Shown here piece after piece: positions 19,360 through 27,344 of a stretch of 64,000 bases of DNA. A program made the translations under genes and the position numbers. How positions within the stretch are numbered: the stretch's first letter is position 1; every line of letters begins with the position of its first letter. Below the pieces are notes generated by a model. That model was not told the origin of the DNA and made no database searches. It saw nothing but the letters and a program-made list of their open reading frames with translations. Source of the stretch: an uncultured Candidatus Saccharibacteria bacterium (GTDB lineage: Bacteria > Patescibacteriota > Doudnabacteria > UBA920); the NCBI GenBank assembly GCA_964384035.1, contig CAYLIB010000001.1, positions 135,636 to 199,635 of the forward strand, read 5' to 3'.

Positions 19360-20325
19360 CTACGCCAAAGCGTTGAGTGCCTCGACAACTTTGTCGAGAT
19401 TCTCCGCGCCATGGACCGTAGCCTTGCCCGGGATCCCGCTGGCGGTGAGGCCGGCGGCTTTCAGGGTTTCGAGCAGGTCAGTTTTGCCAAGCTGCGGGTG
19501 CTGGCCGTTGCACCCAACCACGACGACTTCGCCTTCACCAGCCTTGGCGCCGGTGATTGCGACGAACGGCGCCCATTTGTAGCCAGCGAACATCGCGTTC
19601 GTCTGGTTAATCTCAACCCCAACGGGCTGCGAGATAACCAAAACGTTTCCGCGCAGTTCGGCAGCTGCAAGCGCCGCGTTCGTCGCCGCCTCAATGGCTT
19701 TGCCTTCGGCGAGCCGGGCTTCGAAAGCCGCGGTCGCTTCGGCATCGCCCAACAGGTGGCGAATGACGGTAACGCGAAACGCGTTGTCCGCAATCCGCGC
19801 CTTCACGGCGTTGTCAACGCCCGTAGCCAAAGCCTTCGCTTCGGGGCCAACTTCGAGCTGGCGGTTATCGGCCCAGTCGCCAGCCACAACCCACAGCTGA
19901 GGCATGGCCGCAAACTCGCCGCCCACGATGCTCGCGGCCGACAAATGTCCCTCACCCTTGCCAGGGGTGAAGAACAGTTCGGAGGCCAAACCAAGCTCAT
20001 CGCGAAGCTTGGCCCACAAGTCGGCACCGTGCTCATCGAAACATCCGACGAGCCGTGAGCCAATCGCACGAACGAGTTCTGTGGTCATGCCCGGCTCCCG
20101 GTTGTTCACCGGAAGACCGATCAAGACAACCTCGTCGTCCTCGGCCAACTCAGCCACCGCTTTTCGCGCCGGCGATCCCTCGCCCACCTGGAAGGCTTGC
20201 GTGAAGACCACGCGCGCCTCTCCAGCCGCGACTTGCGCCGCGGAAATGCCGCGTGCCAGGAGATACCCGGCAACGGCAAGCAAAGTGGAAGGTGAACCGG
20301 CAGCGATCACTAATAATTTTTTCAC
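19360..20325 (-). CDS. Hypothetical protein (high GC), possibly paralogous to 20625..21755
   Basis: 321 aa. Similar N-terminus (MKKLLVIAAG vs MKIKKIVVSR) and a shared FD(E/H)HG motif (CFDEHGAD vs NFDHHGGG). A hairpin follows at about 19213-19250. Confidence 0.45.
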   Translation of the reverse strand: MKKLLVIAAGSPSTLLAVAGYLLARGISAAQVAAGEARVVFTQAFQVGEGSPARKAVAELAEDDEVVLIGLPVNNREPGMTTELVRAIGSRLVGCFDEHGADLWAKLRDELGLASELFFTPGKGEGHLSAASIVGGEFAAMPQLWVVAGDWADNRQLEVGPEAKALATGVDNAVKARIADNAFRVTVIRHLLGDAEATAAFEARLAEGKAIEAATNAALAAAELRGNVLVISQPVGVEINQTNAMFAGYKWAPFVAITGAKAGEGEVVVVGCNGQHPQLGKTDLLETLKAAGLTASGIPGKATVHGAENLDKVVEALNALA

Positions 20326-20624
20326 GAAAGTTTCCTTTTCCCGCTCTGCCTTTTCTTTCCAGATGGAGCCACCTGGTTCGGCATTGCAGGGAAAGGTTTT
20401 ACTGTGTTCGTTTCATTCCTCACCAACCAAAGTTAGTGGGGGACACGACTCACAGCAAGTAGAGAAAGATTTTGGAAACATATCCGCAATCTCGGCTACA
20501 AAATGCAAAGCAATTTTCACACCTGCACCGCTTTAGCGCCTGCAGTCTCTACCCCCAGATGGCCCCTTCGCCTTGGGGAAACCCCTTAGAAAAGTGTTTC
20601 GCGTCCTCGGGACTTTTGCCCTAC

Positions 20625-21755
20625 TTACGCAACTCTTCTAAGTTGAAAAGGAACAACTGTCTTTCGTGAAGAATTATCCGCATGTGTGGTAACCCACACG
20701 CGGTTGCTTTGGCAGTAACTCTTAACTATCTGAATTACTGCTTCAAGGCTTAGCGACGAACTCTCGGTCCGGTTCGAGCCGATTATAGTCATATGGTTAG
20801 GTCCACCCCAACCTTTGACCGAATCGGCGGATTCGAGTTGCTTACAAAGTTCATCCAGTCTTTCCCCACCGGTTATGGTAAACTTCGCAAAACCGTTTTG
20901 AACGAACTCTGGTTTAACCCCGAGTTGTTCAAAGAGGGGAACAACGTTGCAGTATTTCACCACTCTATTTTCAAGAGGGTGATTTACTTTCGCGTCGAAG
21001 ACCGGATCGAACGAAATGGTAATGTGCGGAGCCCGCCCTTTACTATTTCGCAACCCTTCCATCAAGCCCGGTGTGCCAAACCAAGAAGAATTAATGGCAG
21101 CTATTACAAAGCCATTAACTTCAAACCATTTCACTTGCTTCGCAACTTCCGAAGCGTAAGATTCATGGTTTTTCTTGGCCGTAAGCCAGTTTTCAAACTC
21201 AAGATAGTTTTCAATCAACACGTTCATCGACCGGTAAGGGTCAATCTCGTGCCGAACAATACTATCGAAGAGTCGAAACCCAGCTCTCAGTTGCTCAATT
21301 GGATCCTCGTTACAAAGGAGGAGTCCAGCAAGCAGCCAGGCAAATGTAGGCCCGTCGCTACGCTCATGGCGACTTTTCCTGCCTGCGTCAAACTCGCCAA
21401 CATATTCAACTATTGGCCAAAGTAGCTTCCGCCACCCCGCACCAAAAGTTTCCATATGCTGGTAAGCTTGAAGGCAAGCCGGGCGCATTTCTGTGCCCCC
21501 GCCATGATGGTCAAAATTCATAAGCCACACCTGTCCGCTACCCCCACACTCTATGCAGAGCACTTGGGAGTCGCTCAAGTCTTGGCCGGAAGCCGATCCT
21601 CTCACTACTTCAATTGGCAAACTAAAGACTTGCGTCCCAGCTACCAAAAAAGCAGTAAGCATAGTATCTGGATCGACTCTCGAAACAACGATTTTTTTAA
21701 TCTTCATCGATGCTCCTAAAGCTTGATCCAGACGGATCGATTTCAATTTACTCAA
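20625..21755 (-). CDS. Hypothetical protein with DHH-like motifs; first gene of island-1 operon
   Basis: 376 aa. VDPDTMLTAFL resembles DHH motif I (DxD) and NFDHHGGG resembles motif III. Weak and by eye only. Confidence 0.4.
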   Translation of the reverse strand: MSKLKSIRLDQALGASMKIKKIVVSRVDPDTMLTAFLVAGTQVFSLPIEVVRGSASGQDLSDSQVLCIECGGSGQVWLMNFDHHGGGTEMRPACLQAYQHMETFGAGWRKLLWPIVEYVGEFDAGRKSRHERSDGPTFAWLLAGLLLCNEDPIEQLRAGFRLFDSIVRHEIDPYRSMNVLIENYLEFENWLTAKKNHESYASEVAKQVKWFEVNGFVIAAINSSWFGTPGLMEGLRNSKGRAPHITISFDPVFDAKVNHPLENRVVKYCNVVPLFEQLGVKPEFVQNGFAKFTITGGERLDELCKQLESADSVKGWGGPNHMTIIGSNRTESSSLSLEAVIQIVKSYCQSNRVWVTTHADNSSRKTVVPFQLRRVA

Positions 21756-22748
21756 ACGCGTTGTTTGAGCTTAGGCTGTTATCCAGCCAAAAAAATACCC
21801 ATTCTTATGGGTGCTTGTTTGTTTGGATAATATATTTCCACGCTCGAGACTAAACCGAGCTTCATTTAATTCTTATGTTGTATTTTGTATTCAGTATTTG
21901 CACCACCGGGTTACGCATTCGTCCACGCAAAACAAATACAACGTAACTACTTTCACCCGCTGCAAGCTTCACTCTCGTGAACCCGCCGCTTGGATTACTA
22001 ATAACTACCCCCACACTCATTGCCGAATATGGGATAAATTTACAAAATCACTATTTTTCAAAGTTCATCCCGCACATACACTTGTGTGAAGAAGTGCTAG
22101 CAAGGAATGACCCCCTCACCTGTCTTTTTCCTTCTCTCTCGAGAGCAAAAACAGACGAAGGGTCGCACTCATTGCTAAGCTTTTCCTAGGTAAACATTTT
22201 CCCTTCCATAAATTCGGAAGAAATAGCGTCATACTTTCGGGCTCTAGCAGAACCGGTGGTTCGCCTAGGGCGAACAGGGGATAGGTAAGTGTGGTTAACA
22301 GTTACTCGCTCCTTTTCCCAGATTCCTGTTGCCTGACGGCAACTGTACGCACCTGTCGTACTAATTAAGTTGTAAATATTTATGGGATCTCTCTCTAATA
22401 TGAGGTTCTATAGAGGGATCTGTTGTAAAAGCCTTAGGCCACCATGTATGTATATGTGGATGGGGATTTACAACATATCTCTTTCTATAAAACAAAAGCG
22501 GTGTATATATTCCTCTCTATATAGAGAGAAATACGTACATCGCTTTTCTTGTGCCCTATATGTCACGGTGGGCTACCGCTCTCTCTAATGGACTATTTGA
22601 CTATCAGTAATTTTTATTTAAATATCAGTATACAATAAATTCAGAAAAATGTCAATATTAATGTGTCATAAAATAGTAAAATTTAATTACATCCAATAAA
22701 ATATATATAAAAATCTAAATAAAATTAAATAAATTTGTCATAAAAATC

Positions 22749-22777
22749 TTGACAAAAATAATCAAACCTGCTAATAT
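22749..22777 (+). promoter_or_regulatory. Sigma70-type promoter of TrmB-like gene 22786
   Basis: TTGACA (22749-54), 17-nt spacer, TAATAT (22772-77). ATG at 22786 with no obvious RBS, so the mRNA is possibly leaderless. Confidence 0.5.
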
Positions 22778-22785
22778 GTAACCAT

Positions 22786-23658
22786 ATGGAACCCCAAAAC
22801 TCACAAATAAATAACCAGGATCAGCCCATTCCACACTCAGGTCCAAAACAAGAAGAGGGGCAAAATAGAACAAAAAAAGGTGTAGCTTCTAAAGCAAACT
22901 ACACGCAAGTTCTTATGCAAGCAGGTTTAAATGGTTCTCAGGCCCTTATTTACGAAACCTTACTAAAAACTGGCCCCTTAAAAGCCAGTAGTTTAGCCAC
23001 AAGAACCCCATTCAAACGTCAACTTACTTATAAGCTCTTAGAAGAACTAGTAGAAATAGGTCTGGTAGTTAAGCAGGAGCAAAAAGGGAAAGTAGCCATT
23101 TTCGAACCAGCGCATCCCCTAAAGTTAAAAGACTTTATAGAAAAACAACAGGAAAAAGCCAAAGCTGCCGAATTAGCCGTAAGTGGCATGATGGAAAAAC
23201 TAACCCTAGACTACAATTCAGTATTTGGTCGTCCCGGTGTTAAGTTCTACGAAGGAAAAGAGGGGATTATAAAAATCTACGAAACCTTATTAGAAAACGG
23301 AAAAAATATAGACAGTATAGAAGACAAAGGCGAAATGGCTAGTTTTATACCAGAATATTCCAGGCAATACCCAAAGCTAAGAGTAAAAAGAAATATTTTC
23401 AATAGAGTTATCGCTCCGTCAGATAATCCTATAAACGAATCCAGCAAAGTGCTCATGAGAGAAACCAGATCCATCCCCACAGAATCATTCCCGTTTCGCA
23501 TGGACATAAAAATTGCTGGTCAGCTAGTTAGTCTAATCACATTTCATAAAGATAACCCCGTAGGTATTCTTATAGACAACCCAGAAATAGCCGACAACTT
23601 TAAAATCCTATTCGATTTAATTTGGAGATCATCAGAAAAAAATAAACCCGCTTTATAA
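22786..23658 (+). CDS. TrmB-family winged-HTH transcriptional regulator paralogue (copy 1)
   Basis: N-terminal TrmB-like HTH: GLNGSQALIYETLLKTGPLKASSLATRTPFKRQLTYKLLEELVEIGLV. C-terminal domain is closest to copy 52486..53250 (shared PFRMDIKI...ILIDN.EIADN..ILF). Confidence 0.7.
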   Translation: MEPQNSQINNQDQPIPHSGPKQEEGQNRTKKGVASKANYTQVLMQAGLNGSQALIYETLLKTGPLKASSLATRTPFKRQLTYKLLEELVEIGLVVKQEQKGKVAIFEPAHPLKLKDFIEKQQEKAKAAELAVSGMMEKLTLDYNSVFGRPGVKFYEGKEGIIKIYETLLENGKNIDSIEDKGEMASFIPEYSRQYPKLRVKRNIFNRVIAPSDNPINESSKVLMRETRSIPTESFPFRMDIKIAGQLVSLITFHKDNPVGILIDNPEIADNFKILFDLIWRSSEKNKPAL

Positions 23659-23675
23659 GCGAGTTTATTTTATAA
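23640..23675. terminator. Bidirectional terminator hairpin between convergent genes 22786 and 23670
   Basis: Stem aaataaacccgctt / aagcgagtttattt with flanking T/A runs. Confidence 0.5.
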
Positions 23676-26600
23676 AACTTCTATATGGCAACCCTTCTTC
23701 TTATACTTATTCCACAGAGTCTGGCTACTACCTTGTTTAGTAATAATCATTGAGAGAGGAACAGGTCTGTCTTGTATAGGGTCTTCACCAGATATTGGTG
23801 GACCGAATATTATCAGTACCTCTGCATCAGGATGATGTCCTTTAAAAGTATGAAGTTCTTCATAGCGGTACCTGTATCCATCATTATCTCGGAAACTGTC
23901 ATCAAGTGCTATTCCCCCCACTTCTAATCGATCATATAAATCATCGAGGAAATGAATATATTCTGCACCCCGTTTGTAAACTGTCGACCTAACAGCTAGC
24001 TCTATCGAAATCTGATTCTTTTGTATCTTCGATATTTCGGAAATATCTCCTAGCATAACATTGGGAGGGAATGCATCTAGGTGCTCATAAAAGTTTTCGT
24101 TAGCCTTTAAGAACTCTAAGGGGTTTTCTTGTAAAGCTGACAGTGCAATTTCCAGGCCTCGCGGTCTTATTTTTTTAGTGTATTCAACTTCGTTTGCAGA
24201 GATATGTACGCTGGGTCCTCCGGGGACAGCGGGTAATCCATCTAACTTCTCTGTTAGTGTAGGCCAAATAGCTTTCAAATTATTGATATTTTTATTTATA
24301 CCCGAGTAGAAATCTGTATCATAGCGCACTCCCATCTCCGTTGTCCCTGTCTTAAGGCTCAGAATTCTGTAAAGATAATCGGTAATCCGCAAACGTTCAG
24401 AGGTGTCCATTTTAGTTCCAGTACGTTCTTCCAGTTTTTCAAAATCTACAATTCTTTCAAGAACAGGTTGAAGTGAAAAGTAAACATTGTCCGCAAGTCC
24501 AAATTCCATATACCCCCGAGATAACCCAGTACCAAAACGATCTTTCATACTTTGCCCGCTTCCCGGCCCTATCTCTAGTAAGATAGGCTTAGGAAGTTCG
24601 GGATTCCTTTTAGATTTGAATTCTTCAAGTAGTCCATTTAGATCAACACCAAACCGCTCTTCGTAACTCCTAAGATCTCTATCCACACTCCAATGAAACT
24701 CAGGAACTATCTTGAGCTTTCCCTCTTGTTGCAATACTTCAAGTAATATACTTTTTGAATCACTCGTGCCCATACTTTCAAGTAATAGTTCTTGCTCTCT
24801 AGAGAAGTCACGAAGATCAACAACACCCTTCTTATTAAGTAGTTCCGCTATGTGAGAAAAATCAGATCGAAGTACCGCATCGGAAGGAACTTCCTTTTGT
24901 AGGTCGTCAGCAAGTTTTTGTATGATTTCAGTCCTAGACAATTCCGTTCCGGATTCCTTGAGTCGTCTTTTGCAGTCCATTAGGTAGTATTTACCCCTTC
25001 GTAAAAAAGATTGCAAAAGTGACTCTTCCGAAAGCGAAATATTAGGGTATAATTCATGCAACCTCGTTAGGGCATTAGCGATTCTCACCTGAATTGTTTC
25101 TGTGTAAGTACGGTAAGAGCCAAATAGAAGCTTAGTATCTTCCTCAGAAGTGCACAGATCTGCTAGCTCAAGTATAGTATGTCCATACTCCGTATCTTCA
25201 GATGCAACTAAAAATGACCTAAGTATATCCTCTTTTGCCTCAGGATGATTACTTAGCGTATATTTTAGTTTATCCGCCGTAGTCTTATCGCCTTCGTCAG
25301 CGAGAAATCTAAGTAAGTGAAGCTGTGTACGCAGTGGTAATTCGGAAATGCTTATGCCATAGCGAGAATTAATAGACTCCGTAATATCAGGTGAGTGTAA
25401 ATGTTTAAAAAGAAGTGGTAGATTCCTTTGAGGTAACCCATATGGGTTGTAATCAGGATCTCTTTGCAAATTTTCGTAAGGTACAAAATGAGCATCTATA
25501 GGGGTGTAATCAATATGCGACTCTAATTTTTTCGCGAACTCATGAATGTCTTCTACAAGCTCATTTTTATGTTGTTTAATATATCCCCATTCCGAAATAT
25601 AGGTACGGACCGCGGTTGTTCTTTTTGTATCTACTTCAATGCTTTTTTGTAAATCCGTAAGTTTATTTTTATATACACGCGCATTTCTATCGAAAGCAGC
25701 CAAAACAGCATTATATGAAAGCACAAGCCTTCTCCCAGCTTTAGTTAGAGCGTGTGCTTTACTACTATTTATATTTTCATCTAAATCGAGAAATCGTTTT
25801 GCATTTAAAATGCCGATGCAGTCGACCGCTATATTAAAACATTCTTCCAGACTGTTTTTTTCTTTATATCGCGAATACTCTTGCCATAGTATAGAAAGCC
25901 GTTGAATTCCGGGCTCTCTATTTTCAGAAAGAATGCTAGGCATAGTTGCTTCAAACTTTTGTAAAAATGCATCAGTCGCACCTTCATTAGTATCACCCAT
26001 TTCTTTATTGAGTCTTTCGTCCTCATCTCGTAAACTTTGGTTGAATTTTACCAGTACTTCTTGAGATGTGAGTAATTTCTGTATCCTTTCACCCAGTGCT
26101 GGAGATATCTCTCTCCACAAAGAATGTCCACTCCTTTCTACAAGCCCTATTTCAACCGCCTTATGACCTAATCGGTTTTCTATATATTCACTGTGTACAA
26201 AAAGCTCTCGCGGATGAGAAAAATTTTCAGAATTTAATTGCAGAACCGTATTAATTTCACGCTTAGAAAGCCCCTCTGTTTTTGGAAGCCTACTTGTGTC
26301 TATATGAGTAATATATTTTGGTAACCTCGAATGGTCGGTAATGGCCACCGCATCACTGGCAACCTTTAAAAAAGTATCACCTTTATATAAAGGTACATCT
26401 GGTTCCAGTTGGCGACTAAGATTCCAAGATGCTAGACGCTCAGCCTCTGTAACGCTAGCGGATAGTCTTGCTCTAGAACGTTGGGATTCATAAGTTACTA
26501 TACCGAAGCGAGGGTCATTGATCTCTTGAGATATTATTTTTAAAGCACCTCGAGATTTAGTTTCCAACAACTCTGTACGTGCATTTATCTGAATTTCGGT

Positions 26601-27263
26601 AATAAGATTTTGAATTGACTCCACAGAGCGCATAGAGTTTCCGTAGCCCAGGCCTCTAATATTTGCCGCGACTGCGACTAACTGGTCTAGGCTATCTAAC
26701 TGTTCTTCTATCGGGGCATGTGCAATAAACTTCTTAATGATTTCAGTATCACCATCATCCAGTCTTTCAATCTCCATAGTAAAAGATCTACCAAAGATAC
26801 CTTGCAATTCCTGGTTGCGACTAGCTCTAAGTGATAAAAAGAAAATATCCGAAGGGTGGAGACTTGAGACAATAGAGTTCGAGTCACTAAATAATGATTC
26901 ATGTATCGAACTAAAAGTAGTCTGAACCTTTGATCTATCAGATTCACGCCTTGAGTAATCCTCCATCGTATCTATTAAATCTTCACAAAAGAGTTTTATG
27001 AGTTTAGTGATATCAGTATTTACACCACCTATTTTTCTAAAATAGTCTACAATAACATCTCTGGGTATATTGATATTTTGGTTCTCTGACGAATTGACCA
27101 CCTTATCAAAAAGTCCATTAGCAATAATATGAATTTCCTTTCGTATCGAGGGGTCATCTAGATCTCTCATTTTTTTATCATCTCGAGCTTCTCCAGTAAG
27201 ATTCTGGTTGTTTTCAGGATTAGCAATTTCACTCAGAAATTTTGTGTCAAAATTTTCATGCAT
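23670..27263 (-). CDS. Giant partner protein (1197 aa), helical with a C-terminal Rossmann/SAM-methyltransferase-like domain; paralogue of 49449..52463
   Basis: Shared blocks with the 1004-aa protein: RFGVD...LLEIGPGSG (vs LLELGPGSG), AFPPNVMLGDIS (vs AFPEGVIIGDFS), VLIIFGPPISGED (vs FLIVTGPGFEGKE). Arranged tail-to-tail with TrmB copy 1. Confidence 0.65.
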   Translation of the reverse strand: MHENFDTKFLSEIANPENNQNLTGEARDDKKMRDLDDPSIRKEIHIIANGLFDKVVNSSENQNINIPRDVIVDYFRKIGGVNTDITKLIKLFCEDLIDTMEDYSRRESDRSKVQTTFSSIHESLFSDSNSIVSSLHPSDIFFLSLRASRNQELQGIFGRSFTMEIERLDDGDTEIIKKFIAHAPIEEQLDSLDQLVAVAANIRGLGYGNSMRSVESIQNLITEIQINARTELLETKSRGALKIISQEINDPRFGIVTYESQRSRARLSASVTEAERLASWNLSRQLEPDVPLYKGDTFLKVASDAVAITDHSRLPKYITHIDTSRLPKTEGLSKREINTVLQLNSENFSHPRELFVHSEYIENRLGHKAVEIGLVERSGHSLWREISPALGERIQKLLTSQEVLVKFNQSLRDEDERLNKEMGDTNEGATDAFLQKFEATMPSILSENREPGIQRLSILWQEYSRYKEKNSLEECFNIAVDCIGILNAKRFLDLDENINSSKAHALTKAGRRLVLSYNAVLAAFDRNARVYKNKLTDLQKSIEVDTKRTTAVRTYISEWGYIKQHKNELVEDIHEFAKKLESHIDYTPIDAHFVPYENLQRDPDYNPYGLPQRNLPLLFKHLHSPDITESINSRYGISISELPLRTQLHLLRFLADEGDKTTADKLKYTLSNHPEAKEDILRSFLVASEDTEYGHTILELADLCTSEEDTKLLFGSYRTYTETIQVRIANALTRLHELYPNISLSEESLLQSFLRRGKYYLMDCKRRLKESGTELSRTEIIQKLADDLQKEVPSDAVLRSDFSHIAELLNKKGVVDLRDFSREQELLLESMGTSDSKSILLEVLQQEGKLKIVPEFHWSVDRDLRSYEERFGVDLNGLLEEFKSKRNPELPKPILLEIGPGSGQSMKDRFGTGLSRGYMEFGLADNVYFSLQPVLERIVDFEKLEERTGTKMDTSERLRITDYLYRILSLKTGTTEMGVRYDTDFYSGINKNINNLKAIWPTLTEKLDGLPAVPGGPSVHISANEVEYTKKIRPRGLEIALSALQENPLEFLKANENFYEHLDAFPPNVMLGDISEISKIQKNQISIELAVRSTVYKRGAEYIHFLDDLYDRLEVGGIALDDSFRDNDGYRYRYEELHTFKGHHPDAEVLIIFGPPISGEDPIQDRPVPLSMIITKQGSSQTLWNKYKKKGCHIEVL

Positions 27264-27344
27264 ATCCTATATTGTAACAGTAAGTACAACATAAATAACA
27301 CAAACTTGATAGATATAAAGCTCTTCTAAAGCTATAATACCCTT

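Noticed and set aside
19327-20536. Plus-strand ORFs 19327..20058 and 19904..20536, and the minus-strand ORFs 19461..19793 and 19803..20069
   Set aside because: They are alternative frames of the 19360..20325 high-GC gene. They have Arg/Ala/Ser-rich low-complexity translations and no independent start signals.
23670-27263. GPGSG in the 1197-aa and 1004-aa proteins read as a P-loop NTPase Walker A
   Set aside because: The spacing does not fit GxxxxGK(S/T): no Lys or Ser/Thr follows at the required positions. The context LLE(I/L)GPGSG fits methyltransferase motif I better.
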